Below are positions 12,629-24,157 of a stretch of 64,000 bases of DNA, in pieces; position 1 is the first letter of the stretch; every line of letters begins with the position of its first letter. A program made the translations under genes and the position numbers. The notes under the pieces were generated by a model. That model made no database searches. It worked only from the letters and a program-made list of their open reading frames with translations, and was not told the DNA's origin. Origin of the DNA: Macrostomum lignano (taxonomy: Eukaryota); the NCBI GenBank assembly GCA_002269645.1, contig NIVC01003093.1, positions 1 to 64,000 of the forward strand. Direction: 5' to 3'.

Positions 12629-15339
12629 GGTAGGGACAGTTCAACTTTGAATTCCCGCCTTTGTTATTTTGGCACTCATGAAAGCTGGAAAATTTTGCTA
12701 AATGACTCAAAATGCTTTTCTCTCTTGATACTCCATTTGCCAGGTCCTCAATTCTAGGGGGAGAGTAGTAGTAATCATAGTTAAGCAGTCTTAAGCAGGC
12801 ATGGTCATTCAGACAATAGACTCGATGGTCTAGACATTGTAATTCTATTTTCTGAGTTTCTAAACTGATTACTTTCAGTAGAGTAGCATTGCCACCACTG
12901 TAATTTCATATTATGGAACATTAAGATCTTAAAGTTTGTTTGGAGTTGAGACTAACTTGGTTGTTTAACACCCCATGGACAAATACCTCAAGATAAACTA
13001 TTTAGAGCTTTAATCAATTAATGTAAATAAATAATGAGCAGGTGATATTTAGTTATTTATTATTTGCCAACAAGTATTTTAACAACAAAATGAGAGTTAA
13101 TCCAGTTGTGCCGAGGGTGCTGAATAAGTAAGGTAGTTATGCAAAGGCCTAAAGTCTATTACTTAAGGTCTAAATAAAGAATACAATTACTTGCATTTGA
13201 ACTTAAAGGAACAAATGTAAATGCACAAAGAAAAGAGCAAGAGGAACAAGCGCATACAAGCAAGAGCATGCAATAAAATGCGGCCGGGATAGCCATATAA
13301 ATAGTAGTAGGGAACAATGCCAATGCATAGGGCAAACAGTGGGGCAAAGAGCGGGGTAGCCAGTAGGTCAACCGGCAGAAAAAGAGCCCACAAGTTAGGT
13401 CAATGCAAGAATTCCTGCCGAAATGCAGGAAAAACAAAAATAAAACACAGGATAGGGCAATGAGGAGAACAGCCATGGGAACAGGGACAGGACCAGGGAA
13501 ACAACCAATGGGGCAAGCCACAGACAGGCGATGATGACAAATTTCGTCATAGGAGAAGGGGAAATGTGGAAGGGTTTTTGCAGAAAGTTCATGCCAAAAT
13601 TAATTGTCACAAACCTTCGTGGTAGACCATATTACCACATGTGCGGCAATGTTAGATTGAGGGTAGCAAAGAAAGCTCAACCCCAAGCTTCAGGGGCACC
13701 AGACACAGTGGGTAGGCAAGTGGCCTCCTTGATTAGCTTGGCGGGCATTGCGGGCATACATGCACAACTTTGGGATTCACTCGGCCGTTTCTATTGGCAA
13801 CACACGCATGTAAGTCGCTATTGGACAGAACAGTAGTCACGTGACTGCTCTCAGCCAATAGCGACTTACATGCGTGTGTTGCCAATAGAAACGGCCGGGT
13901 GAATCCCAAGGTTGCGCCCAAGCATGATTGCGGGTGCTGTCCAGTAGGGCTAGATTGGGTGGCCAGCCAAGAACCTGGATTTGGCTATTGTTGAAGCAAA
14001 GGTGCTCTGCCCATTTCTCAATGGCCTAGTCCTAGAATTGTCTTAGACAGGGTAGCCAGCCATCTTGCAAATGTCCAGCTTCCTAGTAGGCAATGGTCAC
14101 CAGGAGTGCCAGTGCAAGTCATGGGCAATGGCTGCCTTGCCTGGAAGAATCCTCAGTGCGAACAAGAAGTGCATCTAGTAGGTCCCATGTTGATGAGGGT
14201 GGCATCTGGCAGCATAATGAGCGCCACTGGGTATCAACCTAGAGATGGCCCTTCTGGGAGGCCTGATAAAATGCCTCATCAAGGGCACAATGCAGTCGAT
14301 AATGTGCCAGTTCTGTGCTGTCAGCTGTAGCCACATAGGCATATGGGCTTCGGACTCACCCGGCCATAGCCAAGGAGCTCAGGTAGTTGCCCCTATTGGT
14401 ATGACATTTTCATTGCAGGCAAGGTGGTTCTTGGCCATGGCGAATGGTGAACTTGGTCAAAAGATGACTTAAACAAATCAAAATTCAACTTTTACAGAGT
14501 TACAAACTGGGCTCGTATGAACAATTAAAAAGAAATAGGAAAAGGTTGACTTATATAGTCTTATAGATGGCCAGCCAATAGACATGGGAGACCAGCTGCT
14601 GGAAAAAGAAGGGGGGGAGCCCTCATCCCTGCACTCTAAAGTGGCACACAGAAGTGGGGTGGGTGAGTTAAACAATGAGCAATAAAACAGATAACTGCCA
14701 GGTAGGGGCCCGATTAGAATTTGAAAGGGGAAGCCTGTAAGGCTCATAATAAACAAGTATTGCGGTAAGAAAGCAGAGCCTCACATAGAATTAGATATTA
14801 GAAATAGCAGAAGCATCTTCTCCTTGGTTAAATTGCAAAATAGAGGCTAATGTAGTGACCAAGTTATCATACAGAGATCTCCATAAAGAGTTATAACAAA
14901 CGGGGTAGAGTAGAAAGCACTGGGAAAATGAGCCAAAAATAGAAGCCCTAACAAATTTCCCTGGCTCAGCATGAGTGGAACAAAGAATGAACAAAAAAGG
15001 GGGAGATTCACCTTGGGTGCCCTCTGCTGAGGACAAGACCTTGAGCTAGGGGTCTCTTGACCTAAGCGGGGCAAAATAGCTAGGCACATAAGCAAATGGT
15101 TTGCAAATTAGAAAGATACCTTCAGTCCCAACCCAAGCTTGACTGGAAGGTTAAAAGTTGGTTAGGGTTTCGCAAGTTAATGAAATGCAATTGAGCAATA
15201 GAATAATGTACCGCATGCCAATAATTTAATGTTGCATTGGTGCAGGCTTTTACTGTTAAGCCTAAGGCTAAATATCAATTGCAGAGGTGCATGTTGCATA
15301 GGATAACTATGAGATCCAAATTGAGCATGAGCACAAAAT

Positions 15340-15720
15340 TTTACAGCTGCTTTTCTCCCTCAAGCATAAGGAAACCAAAAATTGAGAATAAATTAAATGT
15401 TGCTTTTGTCCTGAAAGCATAAGGAAACAGGAAAAAACTGCTTTTGCCCTCAAGCATAAGGTCATATTAAAAGTACATTGAAACACTGCTTTTGTCCTGA
15501 AAGCATAAGGAAACAGAGGAATAAATTGCTTTTGCCCTCAAGCATAAAGTTATATTAAAAGTACATTGAAACACTGCTTTTGCCCTCAAGCATAAGGTCA
15601 CATTAAAAGTACATTGAAACACTGCTTTTGTCCTGAAAGCATAAGGAAACAGAGGAATAAACTGCTTTTGCCCTCAAGCATAAGGTCACATTAAAAGTAC
15701 ATCAAACATTGCTTTTGTTC
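15340..15720. repeat. Short tandem duplications (CTGCTTTTGCCCTCAAGCATAAGG core) inside the retroelement
   Basis: About 8 copies of the core with alternating spacers. Confidence 0.8.
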
Positions 15721-15949
15721 GGAAAGTATAAGAAGGAAAGAGAAGGAGTAATATTACCTTCAGCACATTAGTGGGTGCATAGAAGGTTTACAGCAGCAGA
15801 ATTAAAAATGCATTCACAGAGTTGATTACTTATAGTAATGTGCGTCATTAATTTAGCTAATAGACAATTCCACTTCCATGCCGATATCAAGCAGATCTGG
15901 GTTGCCCTTGGCGATCACCTCTAGATGGCGCAAGCTGGGCTTAAACAGC

Positions 15950-18720
15950 TAGCTGCCTTGCAGGTTGGGCAGAGCTATGGCCGGCTGTTCTGGCATGGGC
16001 TGATTGGCTAGATCAACTTTGCTATCTTTGCTCGACTCATAGGGCAACATCTGTTGCTCAGTCTGGCGCGGCAGCTCCTGTGGTCGGTCAGCCATCATCT
16101 GCGGCACCTTGATGTTGCAATGTACCAACATCTCGGCTGGGTGTCCTGCCGGGCTGTTGCAGGCAGGCTTAATCCAATACACCACTTCTCCAACTTTCTT
16201 GACAACCTTGTATATACTCTTGTATGGCCGGTGGAGTTTGGGCAGCTCTCCCAACTCAAGCTTTGGGTTGGCCAGGCAGACAAGGTCTCTGGGCTGCAAT
16301 TCCACAGGCTTCAGTCAATTCTCATAGTACTCCTCTCGGTGTTGGATCTCAGTCCTCAGTTGCTGTCGCACGATGTGCTCAGTTTCTGCCAGTCTGCGCT
16401 GATACTTGGCAATGTACTCTGGGAGATTGGCTGATATGTCTAGGCAGTCTAGGATGTTGTCGATAGGGTATCAATAGGGTGCTCTGTAGATGACATAGTG
16501 TAGTAAGAACCCAGTAGTATGATTGACAGCTGATCTTAAGGCAGTCAAAGCAGCTAGCAGCATTTTGTATCATTGCTGATGATCTTCTAGGAGACAAGTG
16601 AGCACCTTCTTGATGTTCTTGTTATATGACTCAGCTTGTCCATTAGCCCAGGGCAAATATGGCGGCATCATAGTCTGTCAGATGCCATAGACTTCGCAGA
16701 AATGTTGGAACTTATGCCTTGTGAACTGTTTTCTTTGATCAGAGTGGATCCATGCTGGGATTCCTGTGATTGGCAATACTTGTTCCTGCATGAGATTTAT
16801 TATCATCTTGGCACGCTGATTTTTCATGACGCAGGCAAAGGGGTACTTTGATTTAGTGTCGTCGTAGGTCAAGATATATACTTGTTGCCTTGGTCTGTTA
16901 GATCTCCAATGGAGCCCAGAATGTCAATTGTGCATTGCCCATAGATTTCACAAACTTGGAACGACTGTACATGCACCAGAATTCGTCGCCGTCCTTTGCT
17001 CTCAGTGCAGGTTTGGCAGGAAGCAATATAGTTAGACACTGCCTTGGCCAGGGCAGGTCGCCAGAATCTTAGACTCCTTAGCAGGATAATTCACACTGTC
17101 TCCCTCGCCAACATCGTTAAGATGAATCACTAGTAGTCTGCCATCTTGGACCTCAAGCTGCTTGTAAAACGCTAGCAGGCTTCACTCATCTTGCACCATG
17201 TTTAATTGCTGATTTAGCAACGGCTTTGGTTGTCAACTTTCTAGAAGGTTGATCACCATAGTAATGGCAGAGTTAGCACGCTGATGGGTCTGGAGCTCCT
17301 TGCGGGTGACTGGCCTCAGTATGTGATCCATTAGGTTTAAAGTTCAATGTCGATCAATAGAATTGATTGGTGTGGCTTCAGCTGTGGCGGCATGGTTTGG
17401 GGTCTAGAGCTCCCTCCGCATGATCATTATTTGGACTGGTTGCCATGTAGTTGATGTGCCCAAAGGTCAATCCTCATTGGTGGCTTTGGTGTCACTATTG
17501 TCAGATTTAGATTTGTTAGCAGACGTTGATGAGTCAGTGGAGCTGTCTACATTGCTGCTAAATCTCACCTTCTTCCTGAACTCCGGGTAGCAAGCGGGTT
17601 AGCAGCAGTCATTTCTGGCTGCGCTGTGGTTGCTGTCCATGTCATCTCCAGCTAGTAGTCAGTGGCTCCTAGATGGGCAACATGTGCTACTGAAGCTAGT
17701 AGGCGACCTCTGCGAGTCATTGTAATGGCTGGCTAATGGCATCAGCTTTGTCACTGGTGGGTGCAGCTCTGTCAGTGGCTTGCTGTCCGCTGTTGGTATT
17801 ACTGGTAGTGTAGCCTCACTGTTGGACTCCTTCAGCTTAGTCAGTGGTTTGCGTTGCTTCTGGCAGGTTGATGGCTTCTTGCTCAGTGGTGGGCTAGGGT
17901 GGCTGCTGTTGTGGACCTTTGGCGCTGCTATGCCAGTTATTGCGGCTGGCTGCTTACTTTGGTCCTCATTAGCTGCCTCTCGCTAAGCCTCCTCCATGCA
18001 TTCAGTGTTGTCCTTAGGCTATCTCGAGAGACTGTTAGCATTCTGATGCTGGCTTGATTTGCAATGTTGGATCTCAAACTCAAATTCACTTAGCCACTGT
18101 AGCCATCGTCTGAAGATGCCTACTTGCTAAGTTTGTTGGAGAATCCAGGTCAATACTGCATGGTCGGTTCGGCAGACCAGCAGGTAGAAGCAGAAGTGTA
18201 TCCCATCTATGACTGCCAAAAGTTCTTGCTTAGTAATCGGAATATTGGGCTTCAGCTGGTTTGAGTTACTGGGAGAAATAGCCAATTGGGCACTCAATCT
18301 TGTCAGCTTGGCATTGGCTCAAACAGGCTCCAATTCTAGTTGCAGAAGTATCCATGTCTAGGACAAATGTTAGGGTCTTCACTGAAGTGAAGTCATAGCT
18401 GCTTTGAGCTAGTCAAATGTATCCTGTTGGGCTTTTCCCCATAGACAGTTGAAGTTGCTGATTTTCTTCTCCTTAATTAAGTTGTGGAGCGGAGCTGCAA
18501 GTTCTGCATAGCCAGGTACAAATTTTGCATAGTAAGCACACATGCAGACAAAACTTTTAAGTTGTGTAGCTGTTCTTAGTCTTGGCCAGGTCTGAATAGC
18601 CTCAATCTTCGCTAGGTCAGTCTTGATGCCATCCTTAGTAACTAGGTGTCCCAGATAATTTAAGCTTGCCCAAAACAGGTGGCACTTCTTGCCTTTGAAC
18701 TAGGACTTCCGCCTTTTTAC
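15950..18720 (-). pseudogene. Gypsy pol remnant (RT thumb, RNase H, integrase with GPY/F-like region)
   Basis: Motifs as listed for the element; the catalytic YxDD part of RT and the protease are absent. Confidence 0.85.
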
Positions 18721-20147
18721 ATTGGTTGTCTGTGATCTCGTTGAGCTCACAATGCTCCTCGAGAGCTTAGATCCAGACATCAAAGTCCTCATTCGGGGTG
18801 TACTGCTGGATCTTGACCCGTTTTTGGTGTTGGAGCTCAATCTGGCTATTGGGCCGGCTAATACACATGATGATAGTGTTGCGGCTATCCCAGACTAGTC
18901 TGCTCTAGACACTGTTGCACCTTTTCGGTCACTGCATAGATCATCTCATTTTAGGTCAGCCTGGTAGTTGAATTTTTAGGGCCTGTGGTGTTGGTTGTTG
19001 CATCCGAAGCCATTGAGTTAGTAGTCGAAGCCATAATGTAGATTCTGAATGACTTGTCAAATGGGTTTTGGTGTTTTACTATCTCACTTAGCTGACACTA
19101 GTGAGGTGGGGTGGATAAAAGGAATAAGATAATAAAATTTCTTTTGAAATCAGTTGGTTGCCAAAACCAATGAGGTGGGGGCGGTTCAACTTTGAATTCC
19201 CACCTTTGTTATCTTGGCACTTGTGAAAGCCAGAAAAATTTTGCTAAATGACTCAAAATGCTTTTCTCCATTGCTACTCCATTTGCCAGGTCCTCAATTC
19301 CAGGGGGAGAGTGGTGGTAATCGTAGTCAAGCGGTCTTAAGCAGGCACGGTTGTTCAGACAGTAGACTCAATAGTCTAGACACCATAATTCTGTTTTCTA
19401 AGTTTCTGAACTGATTACTTTCAGTAGAGTAGCACTGCCACCACCATAATTTTTTATTATAGAACATTGAGATCTCAGAGCTTGTTCAGAGTTGAGATTA
19501 ATTTGGTTGTTTAATGCCCCAAGGGCAAATACCACAAGATAAACTATTAAAGGCTTCAATCAATTAACATAAATAAATAATGAGCAGGTGATACTTAGTT
19601 ATTTATTATTTGCCAACAGGTATTTTAACAACAAAATGAGAGTTAATCTGGCTGTGCCAAGGGTGCTAAATAAGAAAGTTAGTTTACGCAAAGGCTAACA
19701 CTATTACTTAAGGTCTAAATAAAGAAGAATGCAATTACTCGCACTCAAACTTAAAGGAACAAACGTAAACACATGAGGAAAAGAGCAAGAGGAATTGTTA
19801 ATTTTTCAATACTTTGGCAATTTTTGGCAATACTATGTCTAGTAGAAAGCTGATACATGCAAAAAATTGTTTATGGGCCTATGCTTTATTATGAGCTTAA
19901 AAAACCTAAATAGCTTGAAATTGTAACAGGGGTTATTGCTCTCACTGAAACTATCCCTCTGTTGACGCCAAAGTTGTAACAGGGCTTTTACCTCCTATAC
20001 CTCCTACTTTATCAATTTTAATCCCACTAAATGCCACCAAGTTGTACAGGTATTGTTCCTGTCTGCTTAACTAAAGTTATCCTAATTGCACTTCTGTTTT
20101 CACTCCCTAACTGTTTCTTAGAATTTCATTTGAATAAACTGGTAGCG

Positions 20148-20232
20148 TTTTTATGTATTAGTCTGGTAGCGTTTTATGTATTAGTCTGGTAGCGTTTTAT
20201 GTATTAGTCTGGTAGTGTTTTATGTATTAGTC
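20148..20232. repeat. 23-bp tandem repeat CTGGTAGCGTTTTATGTATTAGT x4
   Basis: Read directly. Confidence 0.9.
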
Positions 20233-20925
20233 TGGTAGCGTTTTATGTATGGCCTGAGCGGTATAGTACTGGTACATGAACTTATTAAATTGTCCTTAGT
20301 CGGGCGTTCACCAGGATTAGAGGGTCACAGCACAACTCTCATAATTTCCTTTGTATATCTCCCAATCCCTTCTCTTAAGTAATTTTCTGAGCACTGTAAC
20401 TCCCTCTTTCCTTAAAATGACTAACTCAATAAGGTTTCAAAGTTTATCTGAGAATATAGAACGAACAAGCTAAGAGCAAGCAGCAAGTTAGCAAGTTTAG
20501 CCAGTTGGGTATATTTGCGCAAAAATTGGCTCGTATATATACTGTCTAGATGGCGATGTTTATAACAAAAATATTTATCGATAATATTTTGCATAGTAAA
20601 ACAAAACAGTGAGTTTATTTCTAGTTTGCGCGCAAATTCAACGTGACTATTATGAAACTATTTTTACTTGTATAAATTGCGATAATATAACAGCACTATC
20701 ATTGGAGATGTTTATTAGGCACGTAGAAATACTAAAACTTATAGAAAGTGCAGGCTAGCACAACTTTCCTCCTCCAAAAGAAATTTTTAAATGCAAAAGG
20801 AATATTATGAATTTTAAGTGCAAAAATTTCAACTAAAAGTGCTAAAATTAAAGTAAAACATTAATAAAGAGTACAGCATAAGAAATAAATTGTTTATAGC
20901 GCAAATTGTTAGGATCACTCAGTCC

Positions 20926-22016
20926 TTAAAACTGGCAGGGATGCGGTAGGTCACGGTAGTATGGCCACTTGATTTGGCCGAAAAGCCAATCGATCTTGGC
21001 GTTGATCAGCTGGCGGTTTGGTGGTCGACGATCACTGCAGAAGTTCTGGTGCAACTGGTCGGCCACATCCTGGAGGACGGCGACTGCTTCCTGATGGGAG
21101 TACTGTTCCCGCAGAATTTTACACTTGGCCAGACCTTGGAGGCCTGCGGCACATACATGTGCAACCTCCAAAATTCGGTCAGCCGTGCGACTTAGTTTTA
21201 ACAAAAATGCGACGTAGTTTTTGGCCAAAAATGCGACTTACATATAAAAAAACCCGAAAGCAAAATTAACGCAACTTTGGGTAAACGGCAGGAGTAACTA
21301 TGACTGTTTTATTAAGCTAAAATGCCTCGTCAGCTACTTAGTACTACTCTTCAGGTTATTTTTTGGGTGGGCATTTTTGCGACTTCCTTGATTGGCCGCC
21401 AAATCGGTCGGCCGGATCGGCCGACTCGGCCGACTGTTGCGCATGTATGCTGCGGCAGTCGCTGACGTACGTCCAGACGAAGATAAGCTAGTGTCAGCAT
21501 GTACTGCCGAAAATTATAGCGCAGCCTCTCGATGTCGGCGCCGCGGGTTTCGATCAATCCGCGTATTATTCTGCGAAAGTCAGCCACCTCCCTTGGCGGC
21601 GATCGTCTCTGCTGTCTTGGCGACGGGCTCTTCCGTGGTGACGTTCTCGGGCTCGGCAGCGAAGCTCCCTGGCTCCGTGGTGGTGATCGTCTTGGGCTTC
21701 GCCGAGGCGATGTTCTTGGTCCCAGCCGTGACGATATCGGCGCCGCAGTGGCTGCAGACGCAGGCGTGCTCTGTCGCGGCGTCTTCGAACCTCGAGCTGT
21801 CGGTGCCTTGGCCGGTGCTTCAATTTGGATCGTACGGCTGCTGCTTGGCGGGGTGGCCCTGACTACCATCGATCGTACTGGTGCCGCGGCTTGAGAAGCT
21901 AACAAAGCAGCCCGCTTGAGTCTCGGTTCTTCACTTGTAGTAGCCGGGGGCGATCTCTTGGTTTTGCCTCCAGGCTTACAGGGCTTTGTTGGCACTCGTA
22001 GTGGCGCCTCATTCTC
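20926..22016 (-). CDS. Orphan ORF pair: basic SPRR/SP-rich ORF (21351-21995, open to a CAG acceptor near 22016) and a helical 100-aa ORF (20926-21228)
   Basis: GC-rich islands in AT-rich DNA, non-repetitive ORFs, RTSPRRSPRRSPPRS motifs then ADFRRIIRGLIETRG..; no family recognised; exon structure uncertain. Confidence 0.4.
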
Positions 22017-22901
22017 CTGTTTTCTAAGAATAATACTCAGACTAAATACTCAGACCTATTCTAATAAATATTCTCAGACTTATTCTAAGATTAATAAACT
22101 CATAATTTATTAATAGAATAGTCTTTCTTAGTGGCAGCTACCAAAATTAAGACATTTATAAAGACAGAAGTTAAGCCTTGTAACAACTTGGTGACTTAGT
22201 GATAGGATTTACTAGAGAGAACAATAACCACTGTTACAACTTGGAGGCAGCGAGTAGGACTAACAAAAGAATAATTAAGAGCCCTGGTACACTAGTTACT
22301 AGTTAGGCCTAGAATAACTTAGAATTAGAATAGAATCTATTTGCTTGACTAGTGACCTTATCTAGCTCTAGGTCTAGCTAGATATATATCACTATATGCC
22401 TAGTCTTTATTTTTACTTTTTATATATTAACTCAATGATAATAACTTTGATAGGCTTTTTGCAATAGATAGATAGTGGTAGACCTATACATGCGCAATTT
22501 GGCCCAACCAAGGTAAATTGCAAAAATGCATACTTAAAAATAGATATAGTAAGTATTAATTAGATGCTGACTAAAGTCAGTTACTCATGCTGTTTACTCA
22601 GAATGGAAGTACCTTTGCTTCTCCTGCTGTCTAGCACAGTGATTTGGGCTCTCCGTCTTCTCACTCGGAAGCCTTCTTAGCTCTCTCAGTAGGTAGTGCT
22701 GCCACCAGTTCCTTCAGGTCCTTCAGGTCAGTTCGTCGGAACGAAATAAACAAGTCAACGAACTCAGCACAGCGTGCAGATTTGCAGATTAATGAACAAG
22801 GCGTCCTGATCAGCAGATCCCCGCCGGGCTCAGGGGTGGCTGGGAAGGCAGTGTTAGCCTCCCTTTGGCTTGGGCGTCTAAGTTTTAGTCAGGCCAATTG
22901 G

Positions 22902-23604
22902 TGATAGCTTAAATGGGCAACTGAACGAAGTCTGGAAAACTAGACAGGAAGAAGATTCCGAAGACGAATAGTCAGAATCTCAGGAACTCGGCTACAAATA
23001 CTGATAACTGAAAACTCCTTGACGGAAACAAGTTGAGAGGGGTCCTATTTATAGCGCGGGATTCACATCTGTCCCATTGCACAAGATCTCGTGACTCGTT
23101 CTATTTTTAGAACTGACGTCACTCAAAGCCTCCGGGCAGAGTCCCAATGCGCTCAAGACCTCGTGACTCGTTCTATTTTCAGAACTGACGTCACTTGGGG
23201 TCTCCGGGCAGAAGTACACACGGCTGTGACTCAGTTGCTATTTTTAGCAACTTGAATCACTCCTCTCCTTAGAGAAGGGAGGGGACCGAAAGCACGTGAC
23301 TCACTCAGTAAACAGGACCAGCGAGTGCAGTAAACTTGTTTACTGCACTTTAGGACTCCAAGAACGAGAGACCTGTCATGTGACTGGCTCACATGACAGG
23401 GGAAAACGAGACTGACGAAACAGCGACAGCCCACAGGAGAGAAGCTGAGGGCTGAGAAACGAAGGGGCAAAACGGGCAAAACGAGGGAAGGGAGCAGCAA
23501 CAGACAGACAAAAGGAGGGAGGCGGGAAGCTGACCAGCGGCAGACAGCAACCCAGGGCGAGGGCGAAGGCAAGGGCGACTGCTGACAAAGTGCGACGCCT
23601 AACA
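22902..23604 (-). promoter_or_regulatory. Promoter/LTR-like module: TATAAATAG plus three MEF2 + AP-1/CRE palindromic units
   Basis: CTATTTATAG at 23045-23054 (TATAAATA on minus); units at 23091-23122, 23163-23194 and 23226-23260 carry GTGACTC, CTATTTT(T/C)AG and TGACGTCA; ends TGATAG...CTAACA resemble LTR termini. Confidence 0.55.
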
Positions 23605-24157
23605 CCAACTAGCGGATCACTACAGAATTATAATCATTTTTGTTTAGGTTTCTTTCATAAATAGGTAAGTTACTTATATATTACTAAAAGTTATGCCAAT
23701 GTCTCTTAAGATTGTGACAAAAGCAAAGCTATTAATAGCTATATAGGAATTCTCCTTTACTAAAGTTAGAGACTTCAGCCTGTCCTTTGAAATTAAAATT
23801 TTTATTAAAGATGAAGAAAGTTAGTTTTTTATCTTTTGCCTTTACATGTATATTTATCTGTAGAATTTTAGTCTATTAACATAATATTAAGACAATTTAA
23901 AAAGCAATTCATCTTGTTTAGAGTAATTTACATAAGCTTCAAATTTATAACACAGTGAATATTTCAATGAATTTCTATATATTAATTTAATGAAATATTT
24001 ATTAGTAGATTGATATACTTTTGCTTTCAATATTTTTTAAACAAATAAGTAGTTGTATTTGGAAATTTTTATAATACGAAACGATTTTAACAATATGAAA
24101 TAAATATAAATTAAGGCACTCCTACTAGTAGTAGTATGTTTTCACACCACTGATTGC

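Larger units (their letters stand above)
11948..19794 (-). mobile_element. Decayed, internally deleted Ty3/gypsy LTR retrotransposon
   Basis: Direct repeats 11948-13248 (692 bp without the MITE) and 19102-19794 (693 bp), both starting TGAGGTGGGG on plus. PBS-like TAGTGTCAG next to the 19102 end. Gag N-term QQYTPNEDFDVWI*ALEEHCELN (~18730-18830); RT thumb KKCHLFWASLNYLGHLVTKDGIKTD..FVPGYAELAAPL; RNase H TKQELLAVI..TDHAVLTWI; integrase FWRPALAKAVSNYIASCQTC, IHSDQRKQF, KLHRPYKSIYKV. Many stops and frameshifts. Confidence 0.88.

Noticed and set aside
21400-21440. VGRVGRSG as SF2 helicase motif VI
   Set aside because: No Walker A/B or other helicase motifs; it arises from a short CGGCCGA repeat.
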